Origin: Bigelowiella natans CCMP2755
Lineage: Eukaryota > Protista > Cercozoa
Assembly: GCA_000320545.1 (NCBI GenBank)
Contig: ADNK01000432.1
Coordinates: 1 to 56,530, forward strand
DNA: 56,530 nucleotides
Direction: 5' to 3'
Below the pieces are notes generated by a model. It did not search any database. It had not been told where the DNA came from and worked only from the letters and a program-made list of their open reading frames with translations. Shown piece by piece: positions 25,959-39,008 of this stretch. The position numbers and the translations under genes are program-made. The number at the start of each line of letters is the position of its first letter. Position 1 is the first letter of the stretch.

Positions 25959-28608
25959 ATGTCCGCTGGAGACCCCATATCAAGTGTCTATCGCTGGTTA
26001 CAGGGCGCAGGTACTCGTTGACAATCCTCATTCTTCCACCCAGTCAACATCGGAAGACATCAAATCCTCAAGTGATATAACCCCATCCCCCCATCAGGAC
26101 TGGAGCGGTTCTACCCAAACTTCTCGCACCGAGGGATCACAGAAGAGTCTTTTGTGAATCTTATCGTGTCTGACTACCACAGTCTAGGAGTCACTGAGCT
26201 GAATGACCGCCAAACGCTGTTCAAGCTCATCCAAGTGGTAAAAAAGGAAATGGAGAGTCCTACTCTGAAGCTGCGACAGTCTCCTGCTCCACAAAGGGAA
26301 GGTGGCTCCTTTGACAAAATCAGTGAGAGGCAGGAGAATCAGCATAGCAACAGGCAGACAAGCAAATCCACCCCCACCCTAGATGCCTTCAGTGATTCCA
26401 CACCACGTGCGACCAAGACCCGCTCCCGGAGACGTAATTCTCCAGGGGATACGAAGGAGCGCAAGCTATTCAAAAAGACCTCATCATCATCCACGGATCA
26501 CATGCGAGCACAGCCGCGCATCACTGTCTGTGTACGTAAAAGGCCCCTCAACTCAAAGGAAAGGGGTAAAGGAGAAGGCGATTGTACATCGACGAAGGGA
26601 AACCAGACGTTCATCGTCACCGAACCCAGGTAGTAGCTATTATCATGGTTTCTATCATTATCATCATCATCATCATCATCATCATCATAACCCTTCACAA
26701 CCCTTCATATATTCTCACAGCCCATCTCATGAACCCCCTCCCCCCCCCCCCCCCCCCCCGCAGGACCAAAGTCGATCTCACCAAATTCACGTGCGCACAC
26801 AAGTTCTACTTCGATACGGTTTTCGACCAGGACACGTCCAACGAGCAGATCTACAACATGACCTGCAAACCGCTCGTCGACTTTTTCTTCGAGGGAGGAA
26901 AGGCAACATGTTTTGCCTACGGACAGACAGGGAGCGGGAAGACGTACACGATGATGGGCCCGGAGGGCGGAAAGAAGGAGCAGAATGGTCTGTATGTCCT
27001 CGCAGCTCGCGACATATTCCAAGAGCTGCAACGACGAAGGGACCTGGAGATACACGTCAGTTTCTTCGAGATCTACGGAGGGAAATTCTACGACCTTCTC
27101 AACGGGCGCCGCCGCCTCGAGCTCCGCGAGGACGCGCACGGCGCCGTCCACACGATTGGCCTCAAGGAGATATCCTGCCAGAGCCGGGACCAGCTCATCG
27201 AGATGATACAGTTCGGAAACGAGCGCCGTAGCCAGGGGGCGACGGGGGTGAACATGAGCTCCTCTCGCTCCCACGCAATCCTTCAGATTGCCAGCAAGAA
27301 GCGCAGCAACGGCAAGCTGCACGGAAAGTACAGCTTCATTGACCTGGCTGGAAGTGAGCGGGCGGCGGACACGCAGGGAAACGCAGCAAAGACCAGGATA
27401 GAAGGCGCGGAGATTAACAAGAGTCTGCTGGCGCTCAAAGAGTGCATCCGAGCCCTTGATCAGAATGCCAGTCACAGGCCTTTTCGGGGGAGCAAGCTCA
27501 CCCAGGTGCTTAAGGAGTCGCTGGTAGGAAACTCCAAAACGGTCATGATCGCCACCGTGTCGCCCTGCGTGTCCTCGGTCGAGCACACACTAAACACCCT
27601 GCGCTACGCCGACCGCGTGAAGGAGATGAAGGAGGCCGGCGGTGGCCGCTCTAGCAGCAGGCATAAGGCATACATGCCGCACCACGAAGAGATCAGGAAG
27701 CTGCGATCGAAGTCGCCGACCCGATCTACCCGTACCATGTCAATGGTGGCGGGCATGCATGGAGGAGGGGGAGGAGGGGGGAGGGGGAAGCCACTGCCTC
27801 AAGCCACCGACTCGCCGTGCGAACACCACCTTGCCTCCATCATCATCATCATCATCATCATCATTATCATCATCTAGTTTAAAGTCTCCTGCTGTGAACA
27901 ACCACCGCCTCAAAAGGGCATCGTCAGCATCGTCGCCTTCCCCGCACCATCGCCATCACCACTACCGATCACAGACGCTCAAGAGTCCCACCAACATAAC
28001 AGCGATTAGGAGCACTAGCAAGGGGCGCTACACCTCCTCCTCCTCTTCCTCCTCCTCTAAGGCGTCGTTCAAATATAGCAGCAGCAGCAGCCACCACAGC
28101 AGCAGCGCCAAGGCAAGCGGGATCCCGAGATCATCGCCTTCACTCGTCAGCGGCGGCAGCGGTTTGGAAGTAGAGGACTTGGATATAGAGGCGGAGGTGC
28201 TGCGGGGAGTAGAAGGGGGGGGGGGCAGCACGCACGAAGGGGTACGTGGTGTGGAGGAAACAGGCGGCGGAGGCGGGGGGCAGCAGGAGGTGGCTTCGAA
28301 AATGGAACAGCTGTCACAGCAATCGCGAGAGCTTGCAGAGCGCAATCGACAAGCCGAGGGGGCCATTCTTGATCAACACCGCAAGCACATCCACAGCACG
28401 ATGCAGCGTGTGAAGCAGGAGATGGAGATACTGAAGAAGTTTGAGGGGAAGAGCATCTCGGTGAACGAGTACGTGGACCAGCTCAGGGACATCCTCGGTC
28501 AGAAGGAGCGCGAGGCGAACGACCTCTCTTGCATACTCAACGAATTCGAAGCGAACCTGCAAGAAGCAGGTGGGTGTTGGATATGCCGTAGTACCTGTCA
28601 CACACACA

Positions 28609-28639
<31 letters not shown>

Positions 28640-28885
28640 GCGCACGCGCACACAAATATGTAATATGTGTTGTAAACACAAATATTAATATGATAGAGAG
28701 AGAGAGAGAGAAAAGAGAGAGGGAGTCTCAAATGAAATGAGCATATATTTCCCATCTAGTTCGGTTGAGTCATTCCCCCCCCTCTCCTCTTCCCCTAATT
28801 GAAGCCAGAATGTAATATCTCCGATTGATGCATACGAACAGATTTCTTGAGTTTGAGGATGGACGAAATGAGCTTGGGCACGTGA
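25959..28885 (+). CDS. Kinesin-13 microtubule depolymerase with N-terminal SAM domain (KIF24-like architecture)
   Basis: SAM-like N-terminus VYRWLQGAG|LERFYPNFSHRGITEESF. Motor motifs KVDLTK, GQTGSGKT, SSRSHA, DLAGSER, LKECIRAL and PFRGSKLTQVL. C-terminal coiled coil; last exon 28842-28885. Apparent 1-nt frameshift at 27776-27781. Confidence 0.93.
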
Positions 28886-29280
28886 TCTCTCAGCATTCGG
28901 GTATATCTCAAGTTAAAATCTGTCTTCGTCAAAAGTAGCAGACACACAATGCCGCAACGCACCACCACGCATCGTGACGGTCAAATTGACATTGTCTAAG
29001 ACAACAACTTAGTTTACGTAAGATGTATCCATCATGATGGCCAATGTGGCGCCAGCGTGCTTGGGCCGATTGGAAGCACATTATACTTGCTTCGTATAGC
29101 GTCGTCGGCGACCGTATGTGTGCGTGCGCAGCTATGCCGCTCTAGCTACATGTAGGCCAGTAGCAGCAGAATTGTGTCTGGTCCATTGTTAGCAGCGCCA
29201 CACGCACAATGCGCCAATGACAATGAGCAATAAGGGGATGCCGACCCTACGCTACATGTGGGCATGTACATATACATGTG

Positions 29281-29672
29281 TGAGACGGATGTAATGAACA
29301 AATTAAATTTTTTCAATGGTCATCCTGATGTAGCTGTGTAATGCAGCGGCTACAGCGCTGATGTTGTGTCTGTTAGTTTCTGCCACATTGTGTTTCATGC
29401 ATTTGAAAGCATCCTCTTTCGACCGATGATGTCGCGCATTGCGCGCAACAGTTCTTGATTCTTTTTCATCCTTTGTCAGCAGCTTCGTCTCGTCATTGCG
29501 ATTCATGATGGCGCTCATTTGATTGCGCAATCTGATTTGTTGTTGATTGTGCGTTGGGCATTGCAGAAGGTGATCCATGTCCTTCAGGATGCCACATGCA
29601 TTGCATGTAGCATCTGTCTCATCACATTGTCCACGTGACAACATGAATTTTCCAAGATTGCCCACTCCACAG
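29281..29672 (-). mobile_element. 5'-truncated non-LTR retrotransposon (LINE) 3' end with CCHC zinc knuckle
   Basis: Translation CGVGNLGKFMLSRGQCDETDATCNACGILKDMDHLLQCPTH...R..L matches the CxxC...H...C knuckle at the end of LINE ORF2. It is followed by a short 3' segment (ttcattacatccgtct) that recurs elsewhere in the window. Confidence 0.7.
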
Positions 29673-29699
29673 ATGGCTATATGTGTGTATATACACGCA

Positions 29700-29770
29700 T
29701 ATTTACCGCACGGTTCACACCGCTTACTAGCTACTTCTTTTAGTAAGCGGTGCGAACCGTGCGGTAAATA
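29700..29770. repeat. Near-perfect inverted repeat / hairpin (30-bp arms, 11-nt loop)
   Basis: tatttaccgcacggttcacaccgcttacta (29700-29729) versus tagtaagcggtgcgaaccgtgcggtaaata (29741-29770); one mismatch. Confidence 0.95.
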
Positions 29771-30085
29771 CACATATGTATATATGTGTATGGCTTGAAC
29801 AATTGTAGCAATTTCTGCTACTACCGATGCACGTGTACAGATGCTACATTTGTGTAGATTTCTACTGGTCTAAATGGCCGCGTATCGTTCACGTATATGG
29901 ACGCAATTATGGAGCATTGATTGAAGCGGTATTGCTTCAGATGCCATCTAGCCGCATGCACTGTGTCAACAATCTCGCCGATTATTATAGGCATTTACTA
30001 CTAATTTATAAATTAAATCAAATCGAGCTTATTGTAATTGTGCAACACAACCCTTGCTTGCTTACTCGTTATTCATCTTCATGTC

Positions 30086-30427
30086 CTACTCATCAACTTC
30101 CTTCCCACCATTCTTGTGCTTTGCCCTGAAGCTCGCCCGTCGTACCATATGGTTGAATGTGTCCGCAATGTACATCTGCAGGAGTGGGGAGAGAACATGA
30201 CGAAAGCAACCAGGAACAACACAACATCGAATGGGGGGGGGGGGATGGGGGGAGGATGCCTTTATGAGCGGCAGAGATTTCGTGCTACTCACAAAAGCAT
30301 ATTTCGTATTTGACAAAACAGCAAAAGTCCGCTGTGGTTCCTACCCTCTTCCTCTTAGCGTCGAGTGCGATGCCGTGCGGCCCGCGAAAATGGCTCTCAA
30401 CACCAACCCCATCCGCCCTGTTGTCGG

Positions 30428-30467
<40 letters not shown>

Positions 30468-31874
30468 CATTGTTGCTCGTGAGTGGGTGAAATTGCTGAT
30501 TCAGCATCGGTGCACGATCATCAATCATCATACATCCCTCTCATCGCTGCCACCCCCTCCCTCCTGTCATATCTTTCAATTATCACCATGAGCTGTATCC
30601 TCCAAGGCCCATCAACGTCACAACATTCCCGCGAGGGGACAGTCGCCGTACCTACGGGCAATAGTAGTAGTAGTAGTAATAAAGATGTAGTAGTAGTTGT
30701 AGTGGTAAGGGGGGGTTTACGGAGGTATACAGTGAGTGAGAGAGGGGGGGGGGGGGAGAGAGAGAGAGAGAGAGAAGGAAATCAGTCAAGTTCTCTTTCT
30801 CACCACCATAATGCACATCGCCTTCCTTTCTACTGCAGCAACAAACACCTCCACCTCTCTTAAAAATCCGGGAAACACACACAACCTCACGACACGGGCG
30901 CGAAAGCATGTCGCAAAACAGCCCTCCTTTCAGTCCCCCCCCCCCCCCCCCCTATTCCTTTGCTTCCACCCCCTTTTAGCAAGGCGCACCTTGAAATTGA
31001 GAGTGTCGCTTATGTATACGTGGCCAGAGGGGCCAACCGCAACTCCCTGAGGCATCTGGAACTTTGCAGACGAGCAGCTGCCGTCCTCCATTCCGGACAG
31101 CCCACCAGCAGCGCGGCTCACCTGACAAACGCACACGTGCAGGAGGAGGAGGGAAGGGCAAAGATCGTAACGTCGGTGCTCTTGCTTGTCGGCATTAATG
31201 ATTATTATTGTGTTGCTGTCTGTCTGTTGGGCGGCCCTCCCGCCTCTGCTAGGTTTGTGCGACGTCTACCTCGCCATCTGGTGTAATCCTCCTGATCACA
31301 TGCGGCAGTTTCTCGCTGTTAGGGAGCTCATCCCAAACCGGCACATCGCACACTGATGATTAACAACGAGGATGTTGATGGTGACGATGATGACGATGAA
31401 TTGGTAATTAGTAGCAGTAGAAGGCTGGGAGGTCATGTTAATGATGTAGTAGTAGCAGTAATCACACCATAATCAATGCTACCATCCTTCACTCCACCCT
31501 CACCAGTCTACCACCAGTTAGCTACCAGCAATTAGCTACACACGGGGGGAAAGGAAGAAAAGAAAAGAAAAGGAGGGAAAAAATCGAAGAAGGGCAAGTA
31601 GCATTCGAACACGTATCTTCCTCCCAAAAACGGCATACACGTGCAGCACAAACCCACCATATATTGCGCTGCGATCTGCTGCTAGTCCGCGAGGACATAC
31701 AAATGAAGCTGAGGTGCCGTGCCCATCCATTCCCGGCTTTATTCCTTCTCCTAGCGTCATCCCTGCCATGGTGATGATCACGATGATGATGATGACGACG
31801 GTGATGACGATGGTGGTGGTGGTGGTGATAATGGTGATGATGACGATGATTAGGCGGAGGAAGAGGAGGGAGAT

Positions 31875-31926
<52 letters not shown>

Positions 31927-32075
31927 AAAGTACCACGTACTCACGCCACCCACAACTACATCATTCACGCTGTACAAAGGATCTTACTCACCGGAAAACC
32001 CCCCCGCGAGTGTCGTGACGCGCCCGCCCTTGATACGCCGAATGCAGAAGTTTCGCGAGTCCGCGACATACCTAA

Positions 32076-32119
<44 letters not shown>

Positions 32120-32298
32120 TTACATACGTGAGACAAATAGAAGCCAGTCGCTGAAGCGATAACAATGAAGAGTTTAACTTCCTCTATTCTCATCGTTCCC
32201 AAATTTAGTAGCACGTACACGATGTCATCCACAACTGCAAGGGCATAAGGGCAGTCGAAGCGAGCGGCGCGGGAAGGGCCATCTATGTGTCTTTGAAA

Positions 32299-32343
<45 letters not shown>

Positions 32344-32370
32344 CGATAGTATGAGAAGATTCGTTGATCT

Positions 32371-32416
<46 letters not shown>

Positions 32417-32949
32417 GTGTGTGTATTATGTGTGTATCTTTTTACATGTGCGATGTACCGATATAATACTACTACCACTACCACTACCACTACCACTACC
32501 ACTGCTACTCTACCCTGACTCCCCGCCTCCTTTTTTCTGTAACTTCTTTGAGCCTCCCCCCGCAAAACGTGACACCTTTAAATAAAAGGCAAAAGGAAGG
32601 TGGAGGGTGCAGTAAGTAGGGCGGAGAGAAACTTTCCGAAAAGAGCAACAATCACACATCGATCGATGTCCTCTGCTATACTGCAATTTCAAACTAAACT
32701 GGTGACAAATGCTGCTACCATTCTCTCCCCCACCCCCCCATCCCCCCGCCCTCGCGCCGCCCACTCGAGCTGCCCTTCTCCATCTACATCTTCTTCTTCT
32801 TCTTCTGCATAATCATCACACCTTCCCTGAAGGGGAAACCTTCCGGATTAGGTGGTTCAGAGTGTCTGCGACATACAGATTGCCTACCGCATCCTGACTT
32901 ATGCCGTGGGGAAACTTGAACCTGCACACACATGCACGCGCGCGCGCGT

Positions 32950-32983
<34 letters not shown>

Positions 32984-33036
32984 TACACACCACATACACA
33001 CAAGCGCATACGTGCGCACATGAACATTTTTTTTTG

Positions 33037-33073
<37 letters not shown>

Positions 33074-33296
33074 TATATACAAATATGTACAAATATGCAT
33101 ATTCTCAACTATTACTGCCACGTTCATTATTTCTAAGATGTTGGCTCAGTGATGGGAGGGTGGGAAGTAAGATGTACCCTGCGAATTTCCCCGTCCCGTC
33201 TCTGTCGGTCTCTCTTCTCGCGGCACCAGCCACGATGTTAGAGCTTCCGTCAGGATTCATTCTCCTTTTTAAGGTCAAAGTCCATCGATAATATAA

Positions 33297-33340
<44 letters not shown>

Positions 33341-34187
33341 GTGTGCGTGTGCATGAGTGTTGTAACATTCTGACCATATCACCATCACCATCATCATCAT
33401 CATCATCATCAGCACCAACAACAACATCACCACCACCATCACCCCACAGATGAGATGATGACATACCGAATGCACCCGTTCATGGTGTCGCAGACGTAAA
33501 GACCGCCGACACCATAGCACACGGATTGCGGGTACGAAAATCTGCGAGGTTTTTAAAGAGATATTAGAAAGTATATTAGAAAGTTGGAAGAGGGCAAAGG
33601 GATGAGCGGAGCCGAGGCGATGATGAGAGCTTGTGGTTGCTAGCGCCTTGCATTGGAAGATGTGTCTGTCAACTAGTTGAGGGGGGAAGAATGACCTAAT
33701 ATTCGTGCCAAAACCATCCTTGCTACCGTCCTCAGGATAGCCAGCCAAGGTCTCTACATCCCAGCGCTCCTCCGGCTACAGTATAATTGCGAGTTCGTGT
33801 GTGCAGATCATTTGTGCGTGCTGTGCTGGTACAAGCGTACGATGGATATCAAGTCGCGAATATGCACACCATGCTGAATGAACGTACAGGGAGGGATAGT
33901 AACGGTGCATGGAATACACTCGTTCCCCGTGGGAAGCGATCATTCTTCGAGGATGCCCTCTCCCCGGACTGTGTCGTCCTTGCCAATAGCAGTGCGAACG
34001 AGCTATACGATAACAAAACGAGCGCTGATCGACAGGTGTGTGTTCGACGGCAGCATCGGACGCCCTCCTTGCATCTGGGGATAATAAATAACACACATTC
34101 ACATCAGCACAGAAATACAAACACACACACAAACACACACACACACACACACATGCGCATCCACATCCACACATACTTGCATAGTGG

Positions 34188-34218
<31 letters not shown>

Positions 34219-34400
34219 GGCCGACCTCCAGGAAAATGGCAGTAGCAATGATTGCCACATACTAATCAGATGCCCGATCTTGCTTTTCCGCCCACCACGT
34301 GAATCATCGGCAGCAGAAAGAGAACCACGGCCACAGGAGATGACGACGAGTGCAACAGCACAATACGCGCCAACCACTGAATACGGTGAACGTATGACTG
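30086..34400 (-). CDS. NHL-repeat beta-propeller protein (multi-exon; 5' end uncertain)
   Basis: Repeated NHL blades: FSYPQSVCYGVGGLYVCDTMNGCIR, FKFPHGISQDAVGNLYVADTLNHLIRKV, RFDCPYALAV..YVADSRNFCIRRI, KFQMPQGVAVGPSGHVYISDTLNFKVRR and FRGPHGIALD..MYIADTFNHMVRR. Stop at 30086. Confidence 0.88.
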
Positions 34401-35222
34401 CTAGTTACTACGAAAAGAACTCGCAAGCAATTGCACTTTCCCCCATTTTCACTCCTTTTTTTCCTACTCGGGGATTCGACCGAATCGTGTGTACCAGAGA
34501 ACGCATATTTACATAGAAAGCGCGAACACCGAGCACATGTAGAAGAAAAAGGGGCGAGGTAGGGTGAATCACATGAAACATGGCATGCATGCATAAATAT
34601 CCCCTTCGTTCTCCCCCCCTTCTGCTCCAAGCAATGATAAAGTAGATCCAGACTTGCACGAACCTGCGAGGAGCTCAATCATCCGGAGCCATGGGGGTGT
34701 TCTCCTCTCGAGCTCGCAGCTTCTGGCGTGATACCTTGATGTTTGTTCGATAAAAAATAACAATATTGGGAACACAATCTGCAAAACACTTCAGGATGAA
34801 GAGATTTATCGCAGAATCAATAAACCTTGAGGTTCTTTCCCAATGTTACTTCAATGTTTTTTGGTCCATTATGTGGACTTTGATCTACGACACGAAAACA
34901 AGCCCTCGATTTCTTCTCTCTTGCAAGTTGGCCGACCACCTCCGTAACTACCTACTATTTTATCATGCGACAACACAAGTGGAGCATAAACTTTCTATGT
35001 AAATGATTTATTTTCGATTTCGTGGCCGTTTCTCCTCATTACGCGACTTGAGGATCGGATTTTCGCTAAGAATCTCCCCAGTCGGAGCCAGCCTTCAAAA
35101 CAAGCTTTGTATTTAGTTATGACAACTGATATTTGATGTCGCATGTAACTAATATAAAACATTTTTACTTACTTTTTGCAAACGGGAGTCGCGACATGAC
35201 ATTTGTGTAAAATACATTAATC

Positions 35223-37114
35223 ATGCGCTTCACAGCTGCCCTCCTCCTACCCGCCCTTGTCTCAGCTCATGGCCATGCCAAGCACGACGCTGTCCGTCGC
35301 GCGGAAATTGAGCGCCTCAATGCTCTTCCTGGAATGACCTGGACGGCAGGAATCAGTGATCGTTTCCGTGGGCAGCCCCTCAACGCCTCAAAATCCCTCT
35401 GCGGTAATAGATTTTTTACTACATCTTGCCCATTGATCTAAGGCGTGTCGTACATAGGTGTGAAGCCCGGAAATCTTGAACGTATGAAGGCTGCCATCCG
35501 CCACGGAGAGATCAAGGTGGTTGACGCTAAGATGCTTGGGGCCACAGATATTCCTACCGAGTTCGACAGTGAGACCAACTGGCCTGAGTGCGCAAAGGTG
35601 ATTTTTTAGAAGGAGGAGGAGGAGGAGGAGAAGAAGAAGAAGAAGAAGCAACGACCTCCCTTCTATTTTATCTCACAAGAGATTAACATAAGTAATTAGT
35701 TGCCCTTAACCTGGCCACATCACGTAATCACGTAAAAGATTGCATTCTGCCCCTCTGATTTCTGTTGTCTACGTGCATGTGAACAGGTCATCGGTGATAT
35801 CCGCGACCAGAGCAACTGCGGCTGCTGCTGGGCATTCGGTGCTGCTGAAGCTGCTTCTGACCGTCTCTGCATCGCCACTGGTGGTAAGGTCGCTGTTCCG
35901 CTTTCCTCCCAAGAAATGTGCTTCTGCGCCGAATCTGACGGGTGCGGAGGCGGCTTCCTCAGCCTTGCGTGGAGCTACATTGGTCGTACTGGACTCGTAA
36001 CTGGAGGTCAGTACAAAGGCCAGGGACCCTTCGGCACCGACTCTGGGTTCTGCTCATCCTTCTCCCTCCCCCACTGCCACCACCACGGTCCTCAGGGCAG
36101 CGATCCATACCCTGCTGAAGGAGCTCCTGGCTGCCCTTCGGAGAGCTCTCCAGCTTGCCCAACCCAGTGCGACAGCGGCGCCAAGAGTCCTTACAACGAC
36201 TTCCAGAAGTCCCGCTACACCTTCACTGGAGGGCAGGAGACCTACGAGAATGCTGAGGCTCTGCAGGCAGCGATCATGGCTCACGGGCCTGTAGAAACTG
36301 CCTTCACTGTGTACTCCGACTTCGAGAACTACGTGTCTGGTATCTACCAGAAGACTTCTTCCTCAGTCCTCGGCGGTCATGCTGTGCGAATTGTCGGATG
36401 GGGCGAGGAGAACGGCGTCAAGTACTGGAAGGTGGCTAACAGCTGGAACCCTTACTGGGGTGAGAAGGGCTACTTCCGTATTATCCGAGGACAGGACGAG
36501 TGCGGTATTGAGAGCCAGGCAATGGCATCTTCCGCATCGGCTAAGTGGAGCGGTCCTGGTGTCAATGACAAGCAAGATGTTGCCGTCACTGCCGCCCTCG
36601 ACCAGGAATTTCTTCAGGTATTAACAGGGCTAAGGCGAGTGGGGGGATGGTTAGTTGAATAAGGATTACGAGACTGCAGCCGTTGTGTGTTAGTTGGTAT
36701 CTTGTGGTATTATCGTCACATCGCCTGTCTGTAGATCAGCCAGCTGCACAACCCCCCCCCCTCACACGCACATGCACACGCCCCTTACTCTCAATTTTCT
36801 GTCATCAGGATTACTTGAACGCCACTACACACTACGGCGACCCAAAGCAGGGCTGCGAGTCCGATGAGAAGGCCGTGCAGATCCAGGGTATCTCCGGAGA
36901 CTTCTGCACCCCTCCCTGCTCATCCGCCTCCGCCTGCCCAACCGACGTGCCAGAGGGAGTCACTGCTAAGCCACAGTGTGCACTCGACGATGGACAAGGG
37001 GATAAGTACTGCGCTCTTATTTGCCAGCCTTCCTCGAAGAACGACGACCAGTGTGGCGCCAACGCTTCCTGCAAGGCTATCAGCGGAGTTGGAATCTGCA
37101 CCTACGATGACTAA
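35223..37114 (+). CDS. CTSB: Cathepsin B-like cysteine protease (C1A) with C-terminal Cys-rich extension
   Basis: Exons 35223-35403, 35458-35597, 35787-36617 and 36809-37114. Signal peptide, IRDQSNCGCCWAFG (catalytic Cys), occluding loop CHHHG, and GGHAVRIVGWG...YWKVANSWN. Confidence 0.95.
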
Positions 37115-37525
37115 CTAGGTGGATTCTGCTGCTTCAAGATCGGACGACTACGGGTGCATGATTGAATGCCATCTTGTTCCACAAAAGATTGCTTGTATGC
37201 TGCCTGCTGAGCAGTGGTTGCAAGGGAGAAGACGACCTTGACATTGTCGCGTCCAGCGTAGCAATAGAGAGCATCTCTCGCATTTTCGGCTGAAGCAAAT
37301 ATCGCACACGCCCACATGCTGCTTGTTCATGGCAATGTAATGTTTTCCCATACACTCGTTGTAATGGGTATGCTCATTATTACATTCGCTCATTCTCAGA
37401 ACATACTAGAATATGCTGTTTGTAACTTGTAACACATACACATGCATGCACGCGCAGTGCCATATTATTCTAATATTGCCCAATGATATCGATTGTGCAC
37501 GCATGCTATCACTAGCTCATTGCAT

Positions 37526-37562
37526 CATTGAACAAATTTTATTTGATTCATTACATCCGTCT
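37526..37562 (+). mobile_element. Short relic of the same LINE 3' end
   Basis: cattgaacaaattttatttgattcattacatccgtct matches the reverse complement of 29283-29318. Confidence 0.6.
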
Positions 37563-37911
37563 TATTACATCTAGACATATGCATACTTATATTTCTTGTA
37601 CCGTCGCCGCAAGTATCTAGTATAAGCAACTTTTCTAGCGTTATCATTTGTTGCGAAACGAATGAAGGCTTGCAGATACTTGTGGAGGAATCAAGCCAGC
37701 CAGTGTCACGATATGCATGACCAACAACATAAGAGCATCGATGATGAACGTGCTGCAATGGCCGCGCTATGCTAGCTATGGTTGATCGTCGTCGAATGAG
37801 CTGTAACCGCGTCTAAATTTGCAACCATTGCTTACAACTATTGTATAATTGACTAGCAACCAACGCCAGCTTGGGGACTCGATCGACGCTATAACGCCTT
37901 CATTTCATCTT

Positions 37912-38206
37912 TCAATTCTCCTCGAGGAAGAACAATCCATAGCGAATGCCGCCACGAAGTTGGGTGACCTTAGATGCGGGAAGGGAGGACCCAAAAATGC
38001 AAAAACCTATCACTACAAGCTAGCAAGGTACTTAGATTTTACAGCTGATTGATAGATACCCCATGGACGATTCGGTTATCATGGATGGTCGCAGTGCCAG
38101 CACGTCTCAACGGGATTTCGAAGCCCCTCTCCGTCGCAAAAACGAGACGGCCTCCACTGTACTCCTCTGATAAACGCAAAAATTGTATACATATAATGTA
38201 CATGTG

Positions 38207-38251
<45 letters not shown>

Positions 38252-38962
38252 GTTCAGCTGGAGGTTAATGAAGCAAATAGAATATAGTATACATAGAACC
38301 AGCACCATCACCACCTCCCCCCACACACGCCGTATATGCACTGACCGTTCAAAGCGACTTGCATCGTTGCTCTGGAGACGTCCGTGTGGAAATTGATGTG
38401 CTTTCCTATCGCAGCACAGCGCCGAAGGACCACACGGCTAGGTGGACGACCGAACGCGTGCAAACACGCGTTCACGCTCTTCTTACCTGTCGTCATACAC
38501 ATTGGGTATTTACGTGGAATATCAACTTCGGCCAGGGAGAAAGTAGCTAGGAAAAAAAATGGTGGACTGACGCCGACATCTGATTACGAGGCGTTCGCAC
38601 CGATTAGCGTCTCCAGACTCGAGAGCGAAATGTTCATTTTGAGGTCGTCGCGTCCATTCCGCCGCCGCTGCTCTTCTCGCTCCTTCGCCGCCATTTCATG
38701 GTCGACGTAGGCGATTAAATTCTCACACTGGGCCTCATTCAGCAGAGCAATGCCGTACTTAAAGCAGGCTTTAGGCTCTCCGTTCAATTGGCGCGCAATC
38801 GATGATGATGATGATGACGACGACGGCACGACAACGACAGGATCGACCTACACAATATTGACCAATGGTGTTAGTAGAGTTTCGAGCCTAGATTGTTGCC
38901 TCTACTACTCATAATCCGGTGCCTCTGACGGACACATGCAACCGAAGGGCTCATCCGGCGTA

Positions 38963-39008
<46 letters not shown>

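Noticed and set aside
26705-27586. 293-aa minus-strand ORF and 282-aa alternative-frame ORF over kinesin-13
   Set aside because: Shadow frames of a GC-rich coding exon; the kinesin motifs lie in the 26582 frame.
29577-29798. Opposite-strand ORFs sharing the peptide YLPHGSHRLL
   Set aside because: A by-product of the DNA inverted repeat at 29700-29770, not duplicated genes.
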